Shown piece by piece: positions 9,644 to 19,580 of a stretch of DNA of 64,000 bases (the stretch's first letter is position 1; each line of letters opens with the position of its first letter). The notes beneath the pieces were generated by a model. It saw only the letters and a list, made by a program, of their open reading frames with translations, was not told the DNA's origin and did no database searches. The stretch spans positions 1-64,000 of the forward strand of contig JBHLOI010000008.1 of NCBI GenBank assembly GCA_048940645.1, in the 5' to 3' direction. This stretch comes from Promethearchaeota archaeon (GTDB lineage Archaea > Asgardarchaeota > Lokiarchaeia > Sigyniarchaeales > SOKP01). The translations under genes were made by a program, and so were the position numbers.

Positions 9644-11443
9644 ATGAGAAAAAAAATTGAATTCTTAGAACGTAGAAATAGATTTCTTACTCATAGATAT
9701 AAATCATCAGTAAAGCAAATACTTTCCTACCTTTGGGAATTTAAAAAGCTCTTCTTCTTTATCGCTATTTTAGGAGTAGTTCAATCGATCTTATATCTTA
9801 CATTTCCTTTATTTCTAGGACCTGCAATGGATATCTTAGTAAATCCGAGTATTCTTATTGAAAGTGTTTTTCCTATATTTTTTACTATAGTTATTATTCA
9901 ATCTCTTGTGGGCATCATTAATGGAATAAGGATTTATATTAATAGATGGATGGGAGCAAATGTAATTTATAATTTAAGAAATGACCTTTTTTCTACGATA
10001 CAGCAAATGTCTTGGGGGTGGTTAGATAAACATAAGACTGGAGAACTTATATCTCGAACAACAAGCGATGTAAATTTACTCAAGGAATTTTTGGGAAATA
10101 CACTTCAACTTTTCATAAGACAACTCTTTACTTTTTCATTTAGCTTTGCAATTCTTTTTATAATTGATATTGAATTAGCTTTCTTTGTTACAATTGTGTC
10201 ACCTGTTTTATTTTATGTATTACTTATTTTCAGAAAGAAATTTAGGCCCGTCTTTAAAAAGTCAAGGGAAACTTATGCAGAGTTGACTAATAGTATTCAA
10301 GAGAATGTTCAAGGAATTACTGTTGTGAAATCTTTTGGAAGAGAATCTTATGAAATTAATAAATTTTCACAATATAATAAGAAATACTATAAAGATTCAA
10401 TGGACATTATAAAACTACAATCAACTTTTGATCCAATAATTCGACTAACTGATAATATTGCTTTTCTTATTGTGATACTTCTTGGAGGATTATTTGTACT
10501 GAATAATGATATCACTTTTGGAGATTTATTCGCATTTGTAATGGTTTTGAATTTTTCAATAGAACCTTTGTACTTTATCTCAAGATTTTTTGGAAATATG
10601 CCCCAAATATCAGAAACGTCTGATAGAGTGGTTCATATTTTAAATTCAAAGATCATTGTTAAAGAAAAAGAAGATGCTATTGAAATGCCCCCTATTAAAG
10701 GAGAAGTTGAATTTAGAAATGTATTTTTTAATTTTACTGAAATTAAGAAAGACTTTGTATTAAAAAATATAAATTTGAAAATTAAACCCGGAGAAAATAT
10801 AGCAATATTAGGAGCAACCGGCTCTGGAAAGTCAGCATTGGTTAAATTAATTCCTAGGTTTTATGATGTATCTAGGGGGGAAGTTCTTATAGATGGTATT
10901 AATGTGAAGGATGTTAGCTTCAAATCTCTTAGAAAACAAATCGGTTTTGTTTCACAAGAAAGATTCTTATTTTCCTGTTCAATTAAAGAAAACATTGCGT
11001 TTGGTAATAAATCTATACAGAATGAAGATATAAAAAATGCAGCAAAATTTGCTGACATTGAGCAATTTATTGAAGAAAATTTACCCGAAAAGTATGAAAC
11101 TAAGGTAAGTGAAAGAGGTACAACTCTATCAGGGGGTCAAAAGCAAAGAATCTCAATTGCTAGAGCTTTAGCTATTAAACCCAAAATCTTGATTCTAGAT
11201 GATGCTACTAGTAGTGTTGATGTTGATACTGAATATAGAATCCAAAAAAATTTCAAAGAAATTTTCAAAGAATCTACAACCTTTCTTATTACTCAGAGAT
11301 TATCAAGTGTGAGGAATGCTGATCGAATTTTAATTTTAAATAACGGAGAAATTGCCCAATTAGGCACCCATGAAGAATTAATGAGTCAAAAAGGGATTTA
11401 TAGAAATTTATATTTAACATTAAAAGTCGAGGAGCGAGCATAA
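9644..11443 (+). CDS. ABC exporter, fused permease/ATPase (heterodimer subunit)
   Basis: TMD, GATGSGKS, LSGGQKQR, degenerate Walker B ILDDA, Q in place of the switch His. Confidence 0.93.
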   Translation: MRKKIEFLERRNRFLTHRYKSSVKQILSYLWEFKKLFFFIAILGVVQSILYLTFPLFLGPAMDILVNPSILIESVFPIFFTIVIIQSLVGIINGIRIYINRWMGANVIYNLRNDLFSTIQQMSWGWLDKHKTGELISRTTSDVNLLKEFLGNTLQLFIRQLFTFSFSFAILFIIDIELAFFVTIVSPVLFYVLLIFRKKFRPVFKKSRETYAELTNSIQENVQGITVVKSFGRESYEINKFSQYNKKYYKDSMDIIKLQSTFDPIIRLTDNIAFLIVILLGGLFVLNNDITFGDLFAFVMVLNFSIEPLYFISRFFGNMPQISETSDRVVHILNSKIIVKEKEDAIEMPPIKGEVEFRNVFFNFTEIKKDFVLKNINLKIKPGENIAILGATGSGKSALVKLIPRFYDVSRGEVLIDGINVKDVSFKSLRKQIGFVSQERFLFSCSIKENIAFGNKSIQNEDIKNAAKFADIEQFIEENLPEKYETKVSERGTTLSGGQKQRISIARALAIKPKILILDDATSSVDVDTEYRIQKNFKEIFKESTTFLITQRLSSVRNADRILILNNGEIAQLGTHEELMSQKGIYRNLYLTLKVEERA

Positions 11444-13278
11444 TGTCGAGAGAAAAAAAAGAAAAAGATGAAGAACGTAAGGAACAGAGAGATATTAAAG
11501 GGACTTTAAAAATATTAGGGAGATTAATTCGGTATATTGGAAAAAAAAATAGAAAACTGTTCTTCCCTCTTACCATATTTATCATTTTGAACATAGCGTT
11601 TAATTGGTTTACTCCCTTAGTATTTAAGTCATTGGTGGATGATGGTTTGGGTGGTGGAATAGGTGCAACTGAAGGTAATATTGATATAGTTATTAGTCTT
11701 GGGATTATTTTTTTTGTTTTGACAATTTCTGGAGTTCTCATAAGGATAGCTCAAAGTTATATTATACAAAAATTAGCAACAATTACAATGTTCAATTTAA
11801 GAGCAGAACTTTTTATTAAATTTCAAAAATTAGGTCTAGATTATCACGAAACTCCCAACCGTACAACAGGAAAAAAGATCAATTATCTCACAGGTGATGT
11901 AAATACTATCCAACAATTAATACAATCAGGATTATTAATTTCTCTAAGTAATCTCTTTTTAGTACTTGGAGCTTTACTTTTTATGATCATATTAAGTCCT
12001 GGTTTAACACTAGTAATATTTTTGATTGTACCTGTAATTTTTGGATTGGGAATTATTCTTTTAAAAAAAGCTAGAAAATACTTTAAGGATTTAAGAGAAA
12101 GAGTTGCTGACGTAACCAGCAATTTAGATGAGTCTATTATGGGAATGAGAACAATTCAATCCTTTGCTGTCGAGGAGCAAAATTATAGCGAATTTAAAAA
12201 CAACACAGAACTAGAAAAACGAACCACTATGAAAGCCGCAAAGTTACTTGCATTTATCCCCGGAATTAGTCTATTAATCATAACTTTAGGAATTAGTGTT
12301 GTGTTTTTCACTGCCGGCTTTTTAATTCGAGAAGGATCACTATCACAGGGCACTTTATTAGCATTCATTTTTTATATTTTTATGTTCTTTGAGCCTTTAT
12401 TATCATTAATTAATTTTTTAACACTTTTGCAAAATTCAGTTGCAGCTGGAGCTAGAATCATTGGTTTATTAGATGAGGAACCGTCAATAAAAGAAATACA
12501 AGATGCTGTCATATTAAAAAAAGTAAATGGAATAATTGAATACAAAAATGTGGATTTTTCATATGAGAAAAATGTTCCAGTATTAGAAAATATCAATTTA
12601 AAGATAAAAGCAAAAGAAAGGTTAGCACTAGTTGGTTATACAGGTGCAGGTAAGAGTACCTTTGTTAAATTGCTGTCTCGATTTTATGATCCAACAGAGG
12701 GAGAAATAAATGTTGATAATATAAATTTAAAGGACATAAATCTTAAAAGTTTAAGAAATATGATGGGAATAGTCCTCCAAGAAAATTTTTTATTTTCTGG
12801 TAGCATCATGGAAAATATAAGATACGGAAATTTAAAAGCCACTGAAGAACAGATCGTAGAAACTGCAAAAAAAGTAAATGCTCATGAATTTATAGTAAAT
12901 CTTGAGAGAGGTTATAATACAATCGTAGGAGAAAGGGGTAGTAAACTATCTGAAGGGCAAAGACAATTGATTGCATTTGCAAGAGCTCTAATAGGGAATC
13001 CGCCTATTCTAATCTTTGATGAAGCAACCTCATCTATAGACCCATACAGTGAACTTCTAATACAACAAGCTTTAGAAACTTTATTAAAAGGACGAACAAG
13101 CATATCGATAGCACATAGATTATCTACAATAATCAATTCAGACCGAATTATTGTTTTAGATAAGGGAAAAATAGTTGAAGAGGGGTCACATCAAGATTTA
13201 GTTAAATTAAATGGTCTATATAATCATTTATACAAAATGCAATTTAAAGATCCATTTAAAAAGAAAAAGCAAAAATAA
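11443..13278 (+). CDS. ABC exporter, fused permease/ATPase (heterodimer subunit)
   Basis: GYTGAGKS, LSEGQRQ, FDEA, IAHRL; TAATG overlap with the upstream gene. Confidence 0.93.
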   Translation: MSREKKEKDEERKEQRDIKGTLKILGRLIRYIGKKNRKLFFPLTIFIILNIAFNWFTPLVFKSLVDDGLGGGIGATEGNIDIVISLGIIFFVLTISGVLIRIAQSYIIQKLATITMFNLRAELFIKFQKLGLDYHETPNRTTGKKINYLTGDVNTIQQLIQSGLLISLSNLFLVLGALLFMIILSPGLTLVIFLIVPVIFGLGIILLKKARKYFKDLRERVADVTSNLDESIMGMRTIQSFAVEEQNYSEFKNNTELEKRTTMKAAKLLAFIPGISLLIITLGISVVFFTAGFLIREGSLSQGTLLAFIFYIFMFFEPLLSLINFLTLLQNSVAAGARIIGLLDEEPSIKEIQDAVILKKVNGIIEYKNVDFSYEKNVPVLENINLKIKAKERLALVGYTGAGKSTFVKLLSRFYDPTEGEINVDNINLKDINLKSLRNMMGIVLQENFLFSGSIMENIRYGNLKATEEQIVETAKKVNAHEFIVNLERGYNTIVGERGSKLSEGQRQLIAFARALIGNPPILIFDEATSSIDPYSELLIQQALETLLKGRTSISIAHRLSTIINSDRIIVLDKGKIVEEGSHQDLVKLNGLYNHLYKMQFKDPFKKKKQK

Positions 13279-13349
13279 CAGAAAATTGAATGTCATTAGA
13301 TGAACAAGGTGCTTGATTATCTAAAAAAATTTAAAGTAAAAGAAAAGAA

Positions 13350-13676
13350 TTAAACAACTTTTCCACATTTCTTACATATATATTGCTTTGCATAAATTTT
13401 TATTCCTCCCATCTGATGCAATACTTGAGAGCGATCTTCTTCCGTTCTAAAGTCAGTTCCTCCACAATCAGGACATATTCTTCTTCCTTCTACTGGAGGT
13501 TTTTTTAATGCCTTTTCCTCTTCCTCTTGTTTTTCAACTATGGCAGATGGTTTAACTGTACCTGTTCCTGCTGCTTTTACTTCTACAGTTGAACTTGGTT
13601 TTGATTTAAGAAGTTTATCCAATTTATCATTGATTTTTTCAAGTATGGATAACACTTTTTCTTCAAATTCAGACAT
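13350..13676 (-). CDS. small protein with N-terminal short coiled coil and C-terminal Zn ribbon
   Basis: EGRRICPDCG...YICKKCG; resembles the C-terminus of the gelsolin at 4303. Confidence 0.75.
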   Translation of the reverse strand: MSEFEEKVLSILEKINDKLDKLLKSKPSSTVEVKAAGTGTVKPSAIVEKQEEEEKALKKPPVEGRRICPDCGGTDFRTEEDRSQVLHQMGGIKIYAKQYICKKCGKVV

Positions 13677-13779
13677 ATTATTATCTCCTCATTTTTAACT
13701 CTTATCAAAAAGTAATTTAATAATAGATCTAAGATTCATTTTAAAAATCTTTGTAAATGAAAAAGTTAAATTTTAATGC

Positions 13780-14235
13780 TTAAACATCTCTCCTTCGTCC
13801 TTCTATTGATTCAAAATAATCTAAGATCGATTCCTTAATTTCAATAGCAGGGTAAATCAATCTCGATTGCCAAACATAATTTATCGCATCAGCCCAATTC
13901 CATTTGGGATTTTGTTTTAAAAGCCATGCCACAATTATTCCACCGCTTCTTGAAACTCCCATAGCACAATGGACTAAAACTTTTCCGTTTTTTATATGCT
14001 TATCTATGAATTCAATTATTTCTTTAAGAAATGTATGAGGAGGATACCAATCATCAGGGAATCCTTTATGTAAATAAGCAAATCCTTGAGGTGTTGGATC
14101 ATAGAGGTTTTCTTCCATTAAATTAACTATTGCAGTGATTCCAATTTCCTTAAATTTTTTAAAATTTAATCTGGGCCAATATGCTCCAATATATAAATCT
14201 TTATGAACTCTATATATTTGATCCATCTCTGTCAT
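13780..14235 (-). CDS. dual-specificity protein phosphatase family protein
   Basis: VLVHCAMGVSRS (CX5R); LYIG and GITAIVNL motifs. Confidence 0.9.
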   Translation of the reverse strand: MTEMDQIYRVHKDLYIGAYWPRLNFKKFKEIGITAIVNLMEENLYDPTPQGFAYLHKGFPDDWYPPHTFLKEIIEFIDKHIKNGKVLVHCAMGVSRSGGIIVAWLLKQNPKWNWADAINYVWQSRLIYPAIEIKESILDYFESIEGRRRDV

Positions 14236-14333
14236 TATAAAAAAAACTAGTAAAGCAAAGTTTTATCCAATTCAATTTAAAGAATTTTTGTAGTTTCAAA
14301 AGTTTTTTTATTTTAAGAGAATAATAAATGAAT

Positions 14334-14714
14334 TTAATCTAATTTAATTAAATCCCGACTTGCTATAATATTAGCTCCTAATCCAAGGACATTTTCAATT
14401 AATATATCTCCCATTTTAATTGGGGCTTTTAATTTCATTACCGCAATTTCTGCTAAGACATCTTTCAATTTTTCTTTAAGAATAGCTTTATCCGTTCGTA
14501 CCGGAATTAAGGGTAATAACCCATTTTCGATTCTCATGGTTGTAGTAAGAATTCTTTTTGGTTCATAAAACTCTTGCTGAGCGTATTCAAGTCCCCGCTC
14601 GCAAGTATACCCTTCAAATGTAACTTTTTCATTAGCCCCTTTCTTAACTTTTATCTCACAACCGGTTGGACATACAATGCAACGAATTATTTTTATTGTA
14701 CTAAGTTCTGACAT
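14334..14714 (-). CDS. DUF1667 family metal-binding protein (G3P dehydrogenase operon subunit)
   Basis: CIVCPTGC...GYTCERG, PKRILTTT. Confidence 0.85.
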   Translation of the reverse strand: MSELSTIKIIRCIVCPTGCEIKVKKGANEKVTFEGYTCERGLEYAQQEFYEPKRILTTTMRIENGLLPLIPVRTDKAILKEKLKDVLAEIAVMKLKAPIKMGDILIENVLGLGANIIASRDLIKLD

Positions 14715-14730
14715 AGCTTACCACCTTTTA

Positions 14731-16029
14731 TTAATCCTCCTCTATTAATACCTCTGGACGAGGAATTACTTCGATTGTTATTGTTTTACAATCAGGTTTT
14801 ATACCTTGTTTTTCCAAGTTTATACTTAATTCGACCATCTCACTTGGTATAACATAAATTTTCTTTCTTTTATAGATAATGTTATTTTTTTCATCTTTAA
14901 ATTGTATTAGGACTCTTCTATCTGGATAATTTACCCTAAAAGTGAAAATTATATCATTTAATAAGTCATTCTTATTAATTAAATCAGGTTTAACATAATT
15001 AACATTATCTCCAGAGATTAATTTAATCGTTTCACGGGTTCTAATTTCCTTATTAAATATGTTTTTAATATATTCAGCCGCATTTTTTCCTGCGCGCTTC
15101 GCTTCTGCTGTAACTAAATCAACTAAATCATGGACTTGTAATACATTTCCGCAAGCAAAAATTCCTTCAACAGAAGTTTCTAAATTATTATCAACTACAG
15201 GACCACCATTTTTAGAAAGTTCGGCTCCTGCTTGTAAGGTCAATTCATTTTCCGGTATTAAACCAACTGACAAAAGTAACGTGTCACATTCAATAAATTT
15301 TTCAGAACCGACAATACGATCAAAATTTCTATCAACTTTTGATATGGTAACTCCTTTAATTCTATCTCTGCCATGGATTTTAGTAACTGTATAGTTTGTA
15401 ATGAGGGGTATTTCATAATCTTCTAAACACTGTACTTGGTTTCTCAATAAGCCACTCACATAGGGTAAAATCTCTACGACAGCTTTTACTTTGCAACCTT
15501 CCCATGTTAATCTACGTGCCATTATCATTCCGATATCTCCACTTCCTAAGATAACAAATGTATTTCCTGGCAAATAACCTTCAATATTTACGAATCTTTG
15601 AGCTTGGCCGGCAGTATATATTCCAGAAGGTCTAAAACCAGGGATATTAATAGCTCCTCTTGTTCTTTCCCTACAGCCCATGGCTAAAATGATTGCTTTT
15701 GCTTCTACGTCAATAAGACCTTCTTGCTTATTAACAGCATAGATATGTTTATCCTTACTGACTTCAAATACCATAGTATCTAAAAGATAAGGGATTTTTA
15801 ATTCTTTAACTTCATTAATAAATCTCTGAATATATTCCGGACCAGTTAATTCTTCTTCAAATTCTTTTAATCCAAATCCATTATGAATGCATTGTAGGGT
15901 AATTCCACCTAACTCATGATCTCTTTCTATTATTAAAACACTTAATTCTGTCTTTTTAACTTCAATTGCAGAAGCTAACCCCGCTGCTCCCGAACCAATC
16001 ACGGCCACATCGACTTTGTATTTATTCAT
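14731..16029 (-). CDS. NAD(P)/FAD-dependent oxidoreductase (thioredoxin-reductase-like)
   Basis: GSGAAG, QCIHNGFG, GCRERTRG, GNVLQVHDLVD. Confidence 0.9.
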   Translation of the reverse strand: MNKYKVDVAVIGSGAAGLASAIEVKKTELSVLIIERDHELGGITLQCIHNGFGLKEFEEELTGPEYIQRFINEVKELKIPYLLDTMVFEVSKDKHIYAVNKQEGLIDVEAKAIILAMGCRERTRGAINIPGFRPSGIYTAGQAQRFVNIEGYLPGNTFVILGSGDIGMIMARRLTWEGCKVKAVVEILPYVSGLLRNQVQCLEDYEIPLITNYTVTKIHGRDRIKGVTISKVDRNFDRIVGSEKFIECDTLLLSVGLIPENELTLQAGAELSKNGGPVVDNNLETSVEGIFACGNVLQVHDLVDLVTAEAKRAGKNAAEYIKNIFNKEIRTRETIKLISGDNVNYVKPDLINKNDLLNDIIFTFRVNYPDRRVLIQFKDEKNNIIYKRKKIYVIPSEMVELSINLEKQGIKPDCKTITIEVIPRPEVLIEED

Positions 16030-17495
16030 TCTTTAATCACCTCTTCACTATTTCTCAACTGAATATCTTTAGTTTTACCGATTAAAAAATAAGTATCTTC
16101 TCCTCGTTTAGTTACTTCTTGATATGTTATGCCTAATTCGCGAGATAATATTTCAATGACTCGTGGACGGCAAAATCCTCCTCCACACCGCCCCATACCG
16201 GGTCTACAACGAAATTTTACTCCATCAACTGTTTTAGCTCCCACAGGATTATGAATTGCATCGATAATTTCTTTTTCTGGAATCATTTCACATCGACAAA
16301 TTATTCTAGCCCATGCGGGATCCTCTTTAATTTTTTCATCTAATTGTTCTTTAGAAAAGTCTTTAAATCTTTCTGGTTTTGGTCGTATAGGATTATAATC
16401 ATCTTTAGGTTTTAACTCTACTCCCAATAGTTCAAGATATTCTTCTACTCTCTCAACTATTGCATAACATGAAGTTAAACCAGGTGATAATATACCAGCT
16501 ACATTGATAAATCCATAAACATCTGTATTATCAATAATAAAGTCATATGTATCAGGTACAGCTCTCAGTCCAGCAAAATTTTTTATTGAAGCTCGTAATG
16601 GTAAATTAGGTACTAATTGTCTACCACCCTCAATAATTTCTTTTAATCCTGCTTCGGTGGTTGAAATATCTTTCTTATCTGTGATATTTTGAGCATTAGG
16701 TCCAACAAATGTATTGCCATGGATAGTAGGGCATACTAGAATCCCCTTGGATACCTTAGTAGGAATAGGAAATAGAACTTTATTTAGATGCATCGCATTT
16801 CTATCAAATAAAATATATTCCCCTTTTCTTGGCATTAATTCAAAATAATCTAAACCAACCATTTTTGAGATTTTAGCAGCGTAAAGCCCTGCCGCATTTA
16901 TTACATTTCGGCCTTGAAATTCACCGGCTTTAGTTTTTAATTTAAAAAGATAATCTTGATGTGTGATTTTTTTTACTTTTGCATTTAGAAAGAATTTAAC
17001 TCCATTAAGAGCAGCATTTTCAGCAAGAGCAAAAGTCATTTCATAAGGGCTTACAATCCCTGCTGTGGGGGCATGAAGCACACCAATGACGTCATCAGTA
17101 AGATTTGGTTCCATGTATTTAATTCTTTCTTTATCTAATATTAATTCTAATCCCGGAATACCATCTTCTATTCCCCGTTTCCGTTCCTCTTCAAGAAATT
17201 TTATTTGATTATCCTCTACAGCTACGACAAAAGAACCTATCCTCTGAAAAGGAAAATTTAATTCTTCTGCTGCTTGAGTATAGAGTTTATTACCTTTTAT
17301 ACAAAACTGTCGCCTAGTATGTTCCCTTGGAGCCCCATATCCTGCATGAACAACCCCAGAATTAGCTTTTGTTGTACCATTTGCAATATCTGCTTCTTTC
17401 TCTATTAAGCAAATGTTTAAATCATATTTAGATAAAGTACGTGCTATACAGCAACCAATTACTCCGCCACCAATTACGATAACGTCAAATATCAA
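16026..17495 (-). CDS. FAD-dependent glycerol-3-phosphate dehydrogenase-like protein (GlpA/LhgO family) with BFD-like [2Fe-2S] domain
   Basis: GGGVIG, TTKANSGVVHAG, SPGLTS, CRCE...GMGRCGGGFC; three-gene layout typical of archaeal/Firmicutes G3PDH operons. Confidence 0.8.
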   Translation of the reverse strand: MIFDVIVIGGGVIGCCIARTLSKYDLNICLIEKEADIANGTTKANSGVVHAGYGAPREHTRRQFCIKGNKLYTQAAEELNFPFQRIGSFVVAVEDNQIKFLEEERKRGIEDGIPGLELILDKERIKYMEPNLTDDVIGVLHAPTAGIVSPYEMTFALAENAALNGVKFFLNAKVKKITHQDYLFKLKTKAGEFQGRNVINAAGLYAAKISKMVGLDYFELMPRKGEYILFDRNAMHLNKVLFPIPTKVSKGILVCPTIHGNTFVGPNAQNITDKKDISTTEAGLKEIIEGGRQLVPNLPLRASIKNFAGLRAVPDTYDFIIDNTDVYGFINVAGILSPGLTSCYAIVERVEEYLELLGVELKPKDDYNPIRPKPERFKDFSKEQLDEKIKEDPAWARIICRCEMIPEKEIIDAIHNPVGAKTVDGVKFRCRPGMGRCGGGFCRPRVIEILSRELGITYQEVTKRGEDTYFLIGKTKDIQLRNSEEVIKE

Positions 17496-17631
17496 TAATA
17501 ATACCCCACTTAATATGAAAAATAAATCAAGAGATCTATGTTATAAATAGTAAGATTTCTTTAAAATTTATTTAGAAATATATAATTGTTGATTTAAAGA
17601 AAAGGAAGATTGCGATCTTTATATATCTCTT

Positions 17632-17970
17632 TTAAAATAAAATTGTAAATAACCAAAATAAATTGAAGGCTAAAGCAATAATAATAAGAGCTATTGTAAT
17701 TGGATTAAATACAACATTTCTTAGAGATTTTAAATATTTAAATTGAATATCTCCTTTTAATAGTTTTTCAACTGATTTGAATTTAGGATTGATTGCTTCT
17801 TTAAGATGATAAGATCCAAGAAAACGAGGAGTAGATAAATTTTTAATAACATTACTAAAAGTATTTGAAGAAAGTGGGCTTATTCTCTTATTATTGAATT
17901 CTTCTTCAAAATCTCGAATAAATTTTCCTTTTTTTAAGGTTTTTTCATCAATATTGTCGTTCTTTGTCAT
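17632..17970 (-). CDS. hypothetical tail-anchored membrane protein
   Basis: Single C-terminal hydrophobic helix. Confidence 0.55.
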   Translation of the reverse strand: MTKNDNIDEKTLKKGKFIRDFEEEFNNKRISPLSSNTFSNVIKNLSTPRFLGSYHLKEAINPKFKSVEKLLKGDIQFKYLKSLRNVVFNPITIALIIIALAFNLFWLFTILF

Positions 17971-18086
17971 AAATAAATCCGGTTGGAATTATTTTAATTA
18001 ATTCATGTAAGAAATATACTATTAATCTTAAATTTTTTATGGTTATAGTAAATAATTTTTGATATCTTCAGAATTAAAAATTAATT

Positions 18087-18506
18087 TTAAGACCAAAATG
18101 CTTCCTTTAACTTGTCAATTGGTTTTTCTAAAGAATTCTCTATAAATTGCCCAAAACTAGAAAAATAATTTATATCACCATCCCAATTTAACAAAACATC
18201 CGAGGGATACAGTTCAAAAAATTTATCACTAATTACTTTTAATTCTTCAACTACTTTTTTCTCTTTAATTTTATTAAGAGCTGTACCGACGAACAGGTAA
18301 TCTCTTCTTCTTACAACTACAAATCTCATATTTTTCATTTCAAAATTAGATATTCCTCCATCAGAAAGTTTTTCTGCAAATGTATTTAAAGCAGACATCA
18401 AAGCGCCAAATAATTGGGGATTAAGCTTCTCTGTATTCATCATTCTAGAATATAATGTAACCCCAGTAGATGTGAGCACCCAAAAATCCTTAATTATTTT
18501 TGTCAA
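18087..18506 (-). CDS. Asgard longin-like domain protein
   Basis: WVLTSTGVTLYS, QLFGALMSALNTFA and F.ELY...W.G....F..F pattern. Confidence 0.7.
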   Translation of the reverse strand: MTKIIKDFWVLTSTGVTLYSRMMNTEKLNPQLFGALMSALNTFAEKLSDGGISNFEMKNMRFVVVRRRDYLFVGTALNKIKEKKVVEELKVISDKFFELYPSDVLLNWDGDINYFSSFGQFIENSLEKPIDKLKEAFWS

Positions 18507-18671
18507 AGTTATCCCCTAAAATTTATTTTAACTAGTTAAATTTTGATAAAAATTAACAAAATGTTAGCTTTTTCCTATAAGAAAATATATCTACTTTTAA
18601 TAATATAAAATTAATACAACTTTAAAATTGCATTTTTTTCCAAATTTTTTTGAATAAAGGAATAGTTAATC

Positions 18672-19556
18672 ATGAGATGGAAAACTAAAATCACTCAGCT
18701 GACTGGAATAAAATATCCTGTGATTATGGGAGCTTTTGCTGGAGTAGGGAGGGCGAGGTTTGCAGCTGAATTTTCTAATTCTGGAGGTTTGGGTATCATC
18801 ACCGCTTTAAACTTCAATACAAATGATGCGTTTTACGAAGAATTGCAAATTATGAAAAATTTAACAACTAAACCATTTGGTATAAACTTTTCTATAATGC
18901 CCCCAGAAACAGCAAAAAGGATCTCAAAACCAAAAACAGAACAAACTTATATGGATTTTGTTGATATTGCATTAGATAATGGAGTTAAAATATTCACAAC
19001 ATCAGCATATCAAGCACCGATAATAGGGAAAATTATTAAGGATGCAGGATGTAATTGGTTCCATAAATGCACTACAATTAAACATGCTTTATCTGCTGAA
19101 AAATTAGGAGTTGATGCTGTAACATTAGTAGGTTTAGAAGGTACTGGTTTTAAAAATCCCCTCCAAAATACTACTTTAGTTAATATTACTATGGCTAAAA
19201 GGCTGTTAAAAATTCCTATTATTGCTGCTGGAGGAATCGGTGATGCACGTGGCTTTCTTGCTGCTTTAGCAATGGGAGCTGATGCTGTATGTTTTGGAAC
19301 AGCGATCATGGCTACGGAAGAATGTGGAGTTCCACAGAGCTACAAAAGGAAGTTAATTAAACAAGACATTTTTGACCTAGAATATTATAAAAAAATTTTC
19401 CATTTTCAATTAAAAGATAAAAGTATTTGGAGTCCAGCAGCAGGTCATATTAATAAAATTATTCCTTTAAAAAGTTTTATAGACAATATCATTTCTGATG
19501 CTGAAAAGATATTGAGATCTTGGGGGTATCGGGGGGAAGATTTCAGCACACTATAA
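18672..19556 (+). CDS. nitronate monooxygenase / FabK-like FMN oxidoreductase
   Basis: GIKYPVIMG, SNSGGLGII, KPFGIN, IPIIAAGGIGDARG...MGADAVCFGT. Confidence 0.88.
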   Translation: MRWKTKITQLTGIKYPVIMGAFAGVGRARFAAEFSNSGGLGIITALNFNTNDAFYEELQIMKNLTTKPFGINFSIMPPETAKRISKPKTEQTYMDFVDIALDNGVKIFTTSAYQAPIIGKIIKDAGCNWFHKCTTIKHALSAEKLGVDAVTLVGLEGTGFKNPLQNTTLVNITMAKRLLKIPIIAAGGIGDARGFLAALAMGADAVCFGTAIMATEECGVPQSYKRKLIKQDIFDLEYYKKIFHFQLKDKSIWSPAAGHINKIIPLKSFIDNIISDAEKILRSWGYRGEDFSTL

Positions 19557-19580
19557 TAAAAGAGTCAATTATATCATCGG

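Noticed and set aside
13330-13344. TTTAAAGTAAAAGAA, matching the reverse complement of the 8315-8349 repeat
   Set aside because: Low-complexity AT-rich match lying between convergent genes; probably chance or a terminator tract.
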